Source of the DNA: a virus
Taxonomy: Duplodnaviria > Caudoviricetes
Virus record (IMG/VR): IMGVR_UViG_3300029985_000115
Location: 1-32,159 of that record
DNA length: 32,159 nt
Direction: 5' to 3' (one strand)
In this document: positions 9,320 through 17,167 of the stretch, piece after piece
Layout: each line of letters starts with the position of its first letter
How positions within the stretch are numbered: the first letter of the stretch is position 1
Notes under the pieces: generated by a model
Told to the model about the DNA's origin: nothing
Database searches by the model: none
What the model saw: only the letters and a program-made list of their open reading frames with translations
Translations under genes and position numbers: made by a program

Positions 9320-9514
9320 TTAGAAAATTTGATTCCATTCTTCGTTATTAATACCAGTTAAAATAAATTCGCGCTCCCATGCTTTTATATTAGGAAATAT
9401 CTCTTGGATTTTTCTTCTGTTTTGAGAATTAAACTCCAACATCTGTTCTTCTGTAACATCTATTTCATAAGTTTTTTCAACTCCAGAAATATATGATTTT
9501 CTTGTTATTTTCAT
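9320..9514 (-). CDS. Conserved small phage protein
   Basis: IQEIFPN....REFILTGI...EW motif seen in small phage proteins. Confidence 0.65.
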   Translation of the reverse strand: MKITRKSYISGVEKTYEIDVTEEQMLEFNSQNRRKIQEIFPNIKAWEREFILTGINNEEWNQIF

Positions 9515-9528
9515 AAAGAAAGATTTTT

Positions 9529-9562
9529 CACCAAGAAAGCCCGCTAATTTCTTAGCGGGCTA
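9529..9562 (-). terminator. Hairpin-GGTG element copy 1 (terminator-like)
   Basis: Minus strand TAGCCCGCTAA-GAAA-TTAGCGGGCTTTCTTGGTG. Confidence 0.65.
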
Positions 9563-9584
9563 CAAAGAAAAGGAGTTAACGGAA

Positions 9585-9746
9585 TTAATCCTCTTCTGAT
9601 TCTTCAGTTTCTTCTTCATCTTCATCTTCCGCCTCCTCCTCTTCGCTATCCTCATATTCTACATCTCCTTTTACTTGCGCATCAGATACTTCTTCTCCTT
9701 CTGTACCAGGATGAAATTGACGGAACTCCAAAATTGATTTTTTCAT
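9585..9746 (-). CDS. Very acidic small protein (53 aa; start revised from 9860 to 9746)
   Basis: MKKSILEFRQFHPGTEGEEVS...EEEEAEDEDEEETEESEED. A-rich leader before ATG 9746; the upstream part of the track ORF is a tRNA-like element. Confidence 0.6.
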   Translation of the reverse strand: MKKSILEFRQFHPGTEGEEVSDAQVKGDVEYEDSEEEEAEDEDEEETEESEED

Positions 9747-9793
9747 TGTGTTGTTTTTAGTTTGCCGTCTAATCGCTTTCGGCTTTGCGTTTG

Positions 9794-9860
9794 TGTAGAT
9801 GTCAAGATTCGAACTAATCCTCCCGAAAAACGGGTATGCTGCCATTACACCAACATCCAC
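9794..9860 (-). ncRNA. tRNA-like element with truncated anticodon arm
   Basis: GTGGATGT/ACATCTAC acceptor-like stem, D-arm GTGT-AATGGCA-GCAT, T-loop GTTCGAATC; anticodon arm only CCCG-TTTTT-CGGG. Confidence 0.6.
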
Positions 9861-9866
9861 TTTTAT

Positions 9867-10991
9867 TTACATCGTCATTTTAACAGCGGTTATACAAAGA
9901 GCACCATCTTCTTCAATCCATATCCCAAATGGTGCAGCACCACCTGTTGGATTTTCAGAATCCGATAAGCAAATTTCTTTATAAGCGAATTTATCAAGAA
10001 CTTTAAGAAATCTGGAATGTGAAAATAGAAATGAGTATCCATCCGGCAATCCAATAGATACGCACGGAAATTCCAAAACATTTTCAATTTCATTTTCAGA
10101 ATCCTTGTAGAAAAATTGAATAGTATCTTGCCTAACCAACTTCAATCCAGAGTTCTTAAAATTCTTTTGTATTTTTTTAGTGAATGATACCGTACTGGCG
10201 CAAAAGTCTTTAAAATCTTTTACCTGAACTTTAACAAACTTACTCTTATCTACCCAAGATTTAAACTTCAAAAGAAGTTCTGTCATATCTTTCTCCATTA
10301 CTTTTATCCTGGATGCGTAAAGGCAGTTTTTATATTTAATGATGTTAAAAGAATCAGTGAGAAATATATCGCACTCATCAAATCCAGAAATTAAGTTACA
10401 CTCTAATTCAGACAAAGATATTAAAGGGAAGTTTAAAACTTCTGGAAATTCATAAGTAAAGTTAACATAACCATCCGTAGCCCAGATAAAACTTTCTCGT
10501 ATGTGAACGTGATTCATAAACGGACGAAGATTATCCTTTTTCTCTATATTATCTTTAGCTACTGATAAAACATCCAAAATTCGTTTAGTTAGTTTAAATC
10601 CAACTTTAGGTGGCTTAGGAATTTTAGGATACGTTTTAATATCAACTCCAATTTGTTTGCCAAATTTTGGAGTAAAATAATCGTCAGTTATATCTTGTGT
10701 TGAATGTTCAAGTTTTAACTCTATCCTTATGTTCTCCTTTTTTGAAACTTCCATTAATGACTTTAGATGCTCTTCCCAGATAAGGAAACTTGTATCTTCG
10801 GCGATAATAGGAAACGAAAATTGAACAAACTCTGATTGGTTTGTTTTAGAAAGAAAACACATCCCGAAAACTATTTCAACCTTTATACAACCGTAATTAG
10901 GATTGTTGTCAATCAGAATTTGGTCTGATACAACATAGCTGGAAAGTTTGAGAAATTCTTTTATTTGGGATTGGGGGAGAGTTATGGTCAT
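9867..10991 (-). CDS. Divergent DNA polymerase III beta sliding clamp (DnaN-like)
   Basis: 374 aa (clamp-sized); WATDGY matches the clamp VATDG motif; C-terminal FSHSRFLKVL resembles FNxxYLxD.L. Confidence 0.65.
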   Translation of the reverse strand: MTITLPQSQIKEFLKLSSYVVSDQILIDNNPNYGCIKVEIVFGMCFLSKTNQSEFVQFSFPIIAEDTSFLIWEEHLKSLMEVSKKENIRIELKLEHSTQDITDDYFTPKFGKQIGVDIKTYPKIPKPPKVGFKLTKRILDVLSVAKDNIEKKDNLRPFMNHVHIRESFIWATDGYVNFTYEFPEVLNFPLISLSELECNLISGFDECDIFLTDSFNIIKYKNCLYASRIKVMEKDMTELLLKFKSWVDKSKFVKVQVKDFKDFCASTVSFTKKIQKNFKNSGLKLVRQDTIQFFYKDSENEIENVLEFPCVSIGLPDGYSFLFSHSRFLKVLDKFAYKEICLSDSENPTGGAAPFGIWIEEDGALCITAVKMTM

Positions 10992-11006
10992 AAAAGTAAG
11001 TTGTTT

Positions 11007-11252
11007 TTAATCAGCAGTTATTTCATTAATCTTTTCTTTTCTTTCTCTTGCAGAATCAACAATAAATTTAACTAATTTATAGTTAGATTCGTTTAATTTT
11101 TCAAGTTCATCAATCTGTTCATCCGTCAATGCGCTTGCCGCTCCATCAAAAAAACTATTTAATTTTTGAGCAGATACTGACTCTGTTGTAATCTCTTTCT
11201 TTAATTTCGCTATGTCTAAAAGGTGCTCCATAAAATGCCTGTTTTGCCACAT
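11007..11252 (-). CDS. Hypothetical protein
   Basis: ORF track; first gene after the leftward promoter. Confidence 0.55.
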   Translation of the reverse strand: MWQNRHFMEHLLDIAKLKKEITTESVSAQKLNSFFDGAASALTDEQIDELEKLNESNYKLVKFIVDSARERKEKINEITAD

Positions 11253-11302
11253 AGGAGCCTGAACTGTAGGTTATTCGGGCGTTACCTATATATTGGTATG
11301 GG

Positions 11303-11334
11303 CAAAGGTAAGTACTATTTTTTAGACCTGCAAA
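11303..11334 (-). promoter_or_regulatory. Leftward Bacteroidota-type sigma-A promoter
   Basis: Minus strand TTTG (11334-11331), 20 nt spacer, TACCTTTG (11310-11303). Confidence 0.7.
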
Positions 11335-11404
11335 TAATTATAACAAATATTGTTAGAAATATATGTATTATGACAAATATTTTCAAATAAATATGTTCAT
11401 TTAG

Positions 11405-11435
11405 TTGCATGGTATTATATATAGTGTTACCTTTG
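11405..11435 (+). promoter_or_regulatory. Rightward Bacteroidota-type sigma-A promoter
   Basis: TTG (11405-11407), 20 nt spacer, TACCTTTG (11428-11435). Confidence 0.7.
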
Positions 11436-11470
11436 AGCTTTATATATTTTCACTCAAAAAACGTCAAATC

Positions 11471-12043
11471 ATGTCCGATTACAAAAACGAATTTAAACTG
11501 CAAGGTAAAATCAAATTTATTGATGACAAAGCAAATATATCAAAATCCGGTGGAGAATTTTTCACGAGGGAGTTCTGCCTTTCTATGGAAGAAGAATCTA
11601 TGGGCGATGTCACCGAAAATGATATAAAATTTCAATGCGTCCGAAACAACTGTGAAAAAATCGAACCATTCAATGTAGGAGATGAGGTTATCGTTTATTT
11701 CTCAATGAAAGGTGCATTTGGTGGAGCAAAACCAAAAGAAGGAAAGCCAAAATCTCCTAAAAATCCAAATAGCCTTACCTGCATGTCAAATGCAAATGCG
11801 TGGAAGATTGAGTTGGTTAAAAAGGCGGAAGGAGTATCTGACTCAAATTCGGATGCTAAAGACAAGCAAGAAGAATGGGATAAGCAACAGCAGCAGCAAG
11901 AAGAATGGGATAAGCAACAACAGCAGCAAGAAAAGCATAACCGCGATTTGAAAGACAAAAATGTTCCGCATCCTGGCATGAAATGGGATACAAAAAAGAA
12001 AGAATGGGTTTCTCCTGAACCCGTTGACGATTTGCCATTCTAA
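11471..12043 (+). CDS. DUF3127-family OB-fold, SSB-like protein (start revised to 11471)
   Basis: FTREFCL...IKFQC...FNVGDEVIVYFSMKG...NAWKIE and acidic C-terminal DDLPF tail. The upstream TTG start overlaps the promoter. Confidence 0.8.
   Translation: MSDYKNEFKLQGKIKFIDDKANISKSGGEFFTREFCLSMEEESMGDVTENDIKFQCVRNNCEKIEPFNVGDEVIVYFSMKGAFGGAKPKEGKPKSPKNPNSLTCMSNANAWKIELVKKAEGVSDSNSDAKDKQEEWDKQQQQQEEWDKQQQQQEKHNRDLKDKNVPHPGMKWDTKKKEWVSPEPVDDLPF
11865..11932 (+). repeat. 30-bp tandem duplication encoding QEEWDKQQQQ
   Basis: AGCAAGAAGAATGGGATAAGCAACA(G/A)CAGC twice plus a partial third copy. Confidence 0.9.
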
Positions 12044-12068
12044 TTACTAAATTTTTCTCAATTCAAAA

Positions 12069-12103
12069 AAGCCCAACATCTTTCGAGATTTGGGTTTTTG
12101 AGA
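12069..12103 (+). terminator. Hairpin element copy 2 (more canonical terminator; lacks GGTG)
   Basis: AAGCCCAACATC-TTTCGA-GATTTGGGTTTTTGAGA; same TTTCGA loop as copy 8. Confidence 0.65.
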
Positions 12104-12122
12104 TTAAAAAAACTTACTAAAC

Positions 12123-13115
12123 ATGGCAAAAAAAATAGAAAATCAAGAAGAACAAATAATCGTTTCAGATGTTGAAACAAAAGACGAAAATGCTGAAACC
12201 GGATTGGAAGTGGTTTCCGAGAAACCTTCAACTCCATCCCGCCAACTAATCACACAAGACCAAATCGTTTTCTCAAAGTCTGTAACTGAAATCCTAAAAG
12301 AAGTTTCTCTTATGACGGATGAAATGAATCCTTTTGAAAAGGCTTTCATCCAAGCAACGGCTTTTGAGAAATTAACAGCAATGATGACTAAGGAAATCAT
12401 GCGCCCGATTATGTTCCTGCAAGGAAACGGTATTGGATTCAGAACAGACCGCGATTCTCAAACACCAAAGGGTTATGACGAGGATACTGTACGCCGATGC
12501 TTTATTGAAGCTACATTGAACGGTTTTTCAATGATGGGTAATCAGGTTAATATCCTGGCTGCAAAACCTTATTACACCAAAGAGGGATTTGCTGGTAAAT
12601 TGAGGACTATACCTGATTTGACGTTTCCTACATTTATCCACCAACTTCCAAAAGAGGATGGCGGGCAATGGAGCGTTACAACAAAGATGGATTGGGTGTA
12701 TAAAGGAAAGGCCGCAAGCCAAACTTTAACCCATCCAGTAAAGAAAAACTCCGGCATGGAAGGAGATGGTTTGATTGGAAAAGCCGAAAGAAAATGTTTG
12801 AAGTGGCTACATAATAAGATTACCGGACTTGAGCTTTCAGATGGAGAAGTTGAAATATCTCCAAGTGAAGAAGTTTCAAGCCAGCCTTTAAACGGATACC
12901 AAAACCACTCTGACGAAGAAAATCAGCAAGCAACCGCAAGACAGCAAGCTGAATTTGATAAGTGTATCTCAAATAAAGATAAAGTAAAAACTTTAGATGA
13001 TTTGCTTAAAAAAGCTAAGTCGTTTTGCGCTACCGAAAAGATTAATTCTGCAATGTTGGATTTGACTTTATTTGAAGAAAGAAAAGCAGAGCTTACTGCT
13101 GCACAAAAAGATTAG
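12123..13115 (+). CDS. Putative ssDNA-annealing recombinase (RecT/Bet-like, divergent)
   Basis: Lies between the SSB-like and lambda-exo-like genes; GFSMMGNQVNILAAKPYYTKEG loosely resembles the RecT core. Confidence 0.45.
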   Translation: MAKKIENQEEQIIVSDVETKDENAETGLEVVSEKPSTPSRQLITQDQIVFSKSVTEILKEVSLMTDEMNPFEKAFIQATAFEKLTAMMTKEIMRPIMFLQGNGIGFRTDRDSQTPKGYDEDTVRRCFIEATLNGFSMMGNQVNILAAKPYYTKEGFAGKLRTIPDLTFPTFIHQLPKEDGGQWSVTTKMDWVYKGKAASQTLTHPVKKNSGMEGDGLIGKAERKCLKWLHNKITGLELSDGEVEISPSEEVSSQPLNGYQNHSDEENQQATARQQAEFDKCISNKDKVKTLDDLLKKAKSFCATEKINSAMLDLTLFEERKAELTAAQKD

Positions 13116-13192
13116 TCCTGTTTTATTTGTTCCCGCAAGTATCCTAAATACAAAATTAATCCGGTTTTATTTGAAAGTTTATCCGGATTATT

Positions 13193-13231
13193 TAGCCCGC
13201 GTCCTTTGTTGGATTGCGGGCTTTCTTGGTG
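13193..13231 (+). terminator. Hairpin-GGTG element copy 3
   Basis: TAGCCCGCGTCC-TTTGTT-GGATTGCGGGCTTTCTTGGTG. Confidence 0.65.
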
Positions 13232-13314
13232 CTATGGGATTTGAATGCGTAGATTCAACTTGGTCAACTTCAAATATGGGAACAGTAAATTCAAAAGATT
13301 TGCGTCCAGTAAAC

Positions 13315-13413
13315 ATGAGTTACTTTTTTGATTGGCATCCCAATCAGTACAAAACAGCATTACAAATACACAAAAATAAATCTCTAATAAAAAGACTTAA
13401 ATCTCATGCTTGA
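13315..13413 (+). CDS. Possible mini-protein (32 aa, MSYFFDWHPNQ...)
   Basis: 3' part of track ORF 13072..13413 with ATG after AAAC; overlaps the next start. Confidence 0.35.
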   Translation: MSYFFDWHPNQYKTALQIHKNKSLIKRLKSHA

Positions 13414-15124
13414 AAAACCAATAGATTTCTCAACCTACACATTCCGAGCATCTTCATGCGGAAAACTGATGACTAATCCGAGAGGAAAAAGTCCGATGCA
13501 GAAGTATCAAGAGTGCCAAGAGAAAATAACAGGATACGAAAACAGCGAAAAGAAATTAACATCCTCTCAAGTAACAGCTTTAAACAAACTAAGGCAATCT
13601 CTTCCAGAACTTCAAGCGCACAAAGATGACATAGTTTTATCTGATACTGCTATTTCTTATCTTCTTGAGTGCTATCTACAAAAGCGTTTTGGTATAAAGA
13701 AAGATATTGATAACAAGTACGTTGAAAACGGAAAGTTAAAAGAGGATGACTCTATCGCGCTTTTGAGGGAAGTTGATGAGGAATTTTATGTATCATATAA
13801 AAAATGGTGCGAGGAATCAGGCATACAACATAGAAAATATAATGAACACGTAGAAGGCGAATGTGATATTCTCTATCCGCTTGACGCTCCAGAAATGGTA
13901 CAGGATGTTAAATCTTGCTGGAGTTTAGAAACTTTCCAGCCTCACACTATCGATTTAATAGAAATTGGTAAAAATGTTTACGAGGCAGAAAATGGAGAAG
14001 ATTCATTAAAAGATGTCGAACAGTCAATAAAAAATGCGATATATTATTGGCAAGGAATCGTTTACTGCGCGCTTTATGGAGTATCTCGCTTTATACTTAG
14101 ATATTGCCTTGTTGATATGCCTCAAGGATTAGTTGAAGATGAATACAAACGCATTTTATATAAATTCGGAAAAGACCAAGAACAAAATCCAGAATATCAG
14201 GATGCTTGTTTGGAATTTTTGCGTAAAGTAAAAGTTCCGGAAGATTTACCGTTGAGGGCAAGGATTATTTCTTTTGAGGTTAAATATGACCAAGCCGCCT
14301 ATCTTAACCTTTGCTCCAGGATAGAGATTTCTCGCAAGTGGCTAAACAACTACGCGATTTCTGAATGGGAGAGAGAAACTGGAGAAAAGTGGAAATCCGA
14401 GCAAAAAGAAATAAGTGATGTAGTTGAAAGGTCAGAAAAAATTGAGGATGCAATAACAGAAATGTTGAAAGAAGTTGTTGAATCGGAGCAGGGATTTGCT
14501 TTTGAAGGCGGATATGTTGACGAAGTAACAGAATTAACTAAAGAGCAATTTGATTTCTTAAAAACACGAACAAAACAAGAAGATGCCAATCAATCGCAAG
14601 AAATACAGGATGCGCCTGCTTCGCAAGAAAACTCGGAGATTGAACAGGAGAGATTTTCTGAAGCTGAGAAAGAGGAAGTTTTCTCACATCCTTTAACTGG
14701 CTTGATTGACTCCTTCAAATCAGCAATGGAGTGCGTAGAATTTTACATGGATAAAAACGACGAAGATGGATTTTGGGAGCAAAACCAAGAACTAAAATCC
14801 TATTTGGATAAACACAAAACTAAGCTATCAACACCAGAGCCACCAAAACAATCTAAATCAAAACCTGCTCCAGTTGCTAAGGAGAAATTCTCAATCCCAA
14901 CGGCAATACCAGTTGAAGGTGATGCTGAAAGGCTTGTAGAAATCCGAAACCAGATGAACTTTTTGGATAACCAAAGTATTCGGACAGTCTACTTATCTAA
15001 TCGTATAGTTGTTGATAGAAATCCTACTTTTAGGGCTGAACTAAATAAGCAAATAGAAATTAATACTAAGGAAGAGATAAATAAAATTAAGGAGCGAATT
15101 AATATTGATGTTAGTAAGATGTAA
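13406..15124 (+). CDS. Lambda-exonuclease/YqaJ-like PD-(D/E)xK nuclease with long acidic C-terminal extension
   Basis: FRASSCGKLM, NKYVENGKLKE, GECDI...DVKSCW, YYWQGIVY motifs. Confidence 0.8.
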   Translation: MLEKPIDFSTYTFRASSCGKLMTNPRGKSPMQKYQECQEKITGYENSEKKLTSSQVTALNKLRQSLPELQAHKDDIVLSDTAISYLLECYLQKRFGIKKDIDNKYVENGKLKEDDSIALLREVDEEFYVSYKKWCEESGIQHRKYNEHVEGECDILYPLDAPEMVQDVKSCWSLETFQPHTIDLIEIGKNVYEAENGEDSLKDVEQSIKNAIYYWQGIVYCALYGVSRFILRYCLVDMPQGLVEDEYKRILYKFGKDQEQNPEYQDACLEFLRKVKVPEDLPLRARIISFEVKYDQAAYLNLCSRIEISRKWLNNYAISEWERETGEKWKSEQKEISDVVERSEKIEDAITEMLKEVVESEQGFAFEGGYVDEVTELTKEQFDFLKTRTKQEDANQSQEIQDAPASQENSEIEQERFSEAEKEEVFSHPLTGLIDSFKSAMECVEFYMDKNDEDGFWEQNQELKSYLDKHKTKLSTPEPPKQSKSKPAPVAKEKFSIPTAIPVEGDAERLVEIRNQMNFLDNQSIRTVYLSNRIVVDRNPTFRAELNKQIEINTKEEINKIKERINIDVSKM

Positions 15125-15132
15125 TTTAAAAA

Positions 15133-15204
15133 GTTTGCGATTGTTTAGTAGCCCTAAACTACCAATAAGTTGTTGGATATCATTCAGATAGCCGCAAACA
15201 ACCA
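15133..15204 (+). ncRNA. Predicted cloverleaf RNA (non-tRNA loops)
   Basis: GTTTGCG/CGCAAAC closing stem enclosing GTTTAG/CTAAAC, CCAATA/TGTTGG and TATC/GATA arms. Confidence 0.4.
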
Positions 15205-15212
15205 TACAACCT

Positions 15213-15245
15213 AAGCCATATCCTTAATCGGAATGGCTTTTGGTG
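15213..15245 (+). terminator. Hairpin-GGTG element copy 4
   Basis: AAGCCATATCC-TTAATC-GGAATGGCTTTTGGTG. Confidence 0.65.
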
Positions 15246-15253
15246 ATAAAACC

Positions 15254-15326
15254 GGATGTAAAGCTAAAAGTAGAAGGATTTAATCCTTAGCGAAATTAGA
15301 ACTTGGTTCGATTCCAAGTGAATCCC
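15254..15326 (+). ncRNA. Degenerate tRNA-like element
   Basis: Perfect T-arm CTTGG-TTCGATT-CCAAG at tRNA position 49; GGATGTA/TGAATCC acceptor (6/7 paired); D and anticodon arms non-canonical. Confidence 0.45.
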
Positions 15327-15338
15327 AAAAACTTAAAA

Positions 15339-15569
15339 ATGACCAGATTATTTTTAGCAACCGTAAATAACACGCATGACGATGGCGGATCGGATTGCGA
15401 TTTTATTGTAATCATAAAGGCTATTGATGAAAAAGAGGCAGCAACTATTGCTAAAGAATCATTGCCAGCAAGGATCAGTAATAAGTTTACTTTGAGAGAA
15501 CTCGAAAAAGATGCTACAACAATAATTATTAAACACAACACATCGAAAATTACATCAAGGCAATTATAA
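15339..15569 (+). CDS. Hypothetical protein (start revised to 15339)
   Basis: AAAACTTAAAA leader before ATG 15339; the track start lies inside the T-arm. Confidence 0.55.
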   Translation: MTRLFLATVNNTHDDGGSDCDFIVIIKAIDEKEAATIAKESLPARISNKFTLRELEKDATTIIIKHNTSKITSRQL

Positions 15570-15585
15570 TTAAAAACAAAAAAAC

Positions 15586-16635
15586 ATGCAACAATACTTA
15601 GACTTACTTCGCAAAATCAAATCTGAAGGAACTTGGAAAAACGAAGCAAGAGAAAATATGCCGCGAACTTTATCTTTATTCGGTGCGCAATATCGGTATA
15701 ACCTTAGTGAAGGATTTCCAATTCTAACCACAAAGCAAGTTAGCTTTAAAAATATAGCTACGGAATTGATTTGGTTTTTGCGTGGTGATACAAATATTAA
15801 ATTCCTTGTAGATAATGGATGTAATATTTGGAATGAGGATGCATATAACTACTACGCTAAGGTTTGTAATCAACAAAACATAAAACCAATTTCATTCGAT
15901 TTGTTTGTTACTGGCGTAAATCAAGGATTTAAATCAAATCAAAATATACAAAATTATACACTTGGCGATTGCGGTTGGCAATATGGTAGATTGTGGCGCA
16001 AGTGGGATGGTATTGACCAAATATCAGAACTAATTTCCAACCTGAAAAAAAATCCTGAAAGTAGGCGGCACATGCTTACCGCTTTAAATCCGGCACACTA
16101 TAACGATTTGGCGTTATTTCCGTGTCATGTGATTGCGCAATTTAATTGTAGGCCGATACACCAATCTGATAGGATACAAATGTGTCCAATAGAAACAAAA
16201 GACAATGATTTAGATTCAGCTTTGGAATTAATCCCAAAATACTACTTAGATTGCTCAATGTACCAACGAAGCGCGGATGTTTTTCTTGGCGTTCCGTATA
16301 ACACCGCATCTTACGCTTTGTTGACACACATACTTTGCGAAATTTGCGGATTTATTCCAGGTGATTTAATTCATACATTTGGAGATGTGCATATATACGA
16401 AAATCATTTAGCTGCGGTTGATGAACAACTTTATCGTCAACCATCGCAACTACCGACTTTAAAATGTTGGCAAAGAAACAAAGAAGGATATTTGCCGGAC
16501 AATTACGATAAATTTCTTTCCGGTAGATACACATTGGACGATTTTATAAATTCAATGGCACATTACGACTTCCGATTAGAAGGATACAACCCACAACCAT
16601 CAATTAAAGCTAAACTTTCAACTGGATTAAAATGA
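15586..16635 (+). CDS. thyA: Thymidylate synthase
   Basis: FPILTTK, ELIWFLRG, SRR, catalytic PCH, YQRSADVFLGVPYN, GDVHIYENH. Confidence 0.97.
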   Translation: MQQYLDLLRKIKSEGTWKNEARENMPRTLSLFGAQYRYNLSEGFPILTTKQVSFKNIATELIWFLRGDTNIKFLVDNGCNIWNEDAYNYYAKVCNQQNIKPISFDLFVTGVNQGFKSNQNIQNYTLGDCGWQYGRLWRKWDGIDQISELISNLKKNPESRRHMLTALNPAHYNDLALFPCHVIAQFNCRPIHQSDRIQMCPIETKDNDLDSALELIPKYYLDCSMYQRSADVFLGVPYNTASYALLTHILCEICGFIPGDLIHTFGDVHIYENHLAAVDEQLYRQPSQLPTLKCWQRNKEGYLPDNYDKFLSGRYTLDDFINSMAHYDFRLEGYNPQPSIKAKLSTGLK

Positions 16636-16751
16636 TTTATTGTATTAGAAGAATATCGGACGAAAAACTACTATTTGTAGGAACTTACGATGAATGTAAA
16701 AATCATGAGTGTTATGATTCTAAATATAACTATATAACTGCTTACGTATGA
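16632..16751 (+). CDS. Mini-protein (39 aa, not in ORF track)
   Basis: MIYCIRRISDEKLLFVGTYDECKNHECYDSKYNYITAYV; ATGA overlaps at both ends. Confidence 0.55.
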   Translation: MIYCIRRISDEKLLFVGTYDECKNHECYDSKYNYITAYV

Positions 16752-17077
16752 TACTACAAATAGACGGCAAAGAAGTTTTCATTGACGATAGAATTATTGC
16801 TTTTGCACATAGGATGCAAAACGAACTAACGGAAAATGAAAAAACTAAGAACTCGATTTGGGATTGGAAAATTAAAGACGACTTTCCAAAATGGATGTAC
16901 GAATTTGAATATCATAAAGCTAAATTAATTGCCGCTCTGATGGCTAAAGAATGTGATGCAACCGATGAATTTATAGCCGACTTAGGAAATTATTTAGTTT
17001 GTTTGATGTTTCAACAACCTGTTAATATCCAAAAAAGCACAACACTTTGCGAAAATCCTAAAACTAAGTTGATATGA
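16748..17077 (+). CDS. Hypothetical protein, possibly MazG-like all-alpha NTP pyrophosphatase
   Basis: EFIADLGNY resembles the ExxDxxN motif. Confidence 0.35.
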   Translation: MILQIDGKEVFIDDRIIAFAHRMQNELTENEKTKNSIWDWKIKDDFPKWMYEFEYHKAKLIAALMAKECDATDEFIADLGNYLVCLMFQQPVNIQKSTTLCENPKTKLI

Positions 17078-17167
17078 AATTAATTTGGAAGGTTTATATT
17101 TTACCATTATTGATTATTATTTAATTTTACTTATTACTTATTTTCTATCATTAAAATTTCCATTAAA

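Noticed and set aside
13072-13314. 5' part of the 113-aa track ORF
   Set aside because: TTG start inside the previous gene, and it runs through hairpin elements. More likely non-coding.
15586-16635. Intron, intein or hydroxymethylase variant in thyA
   Set aside because: The ORF is continuous, insertions are short, and the dUMP-specifying Asn is retained.
16632-16751. Shared RRISDE hexapeptide with the 28779..28991 protein
   Set aside because: No similarity beyond six residues; likely chance.
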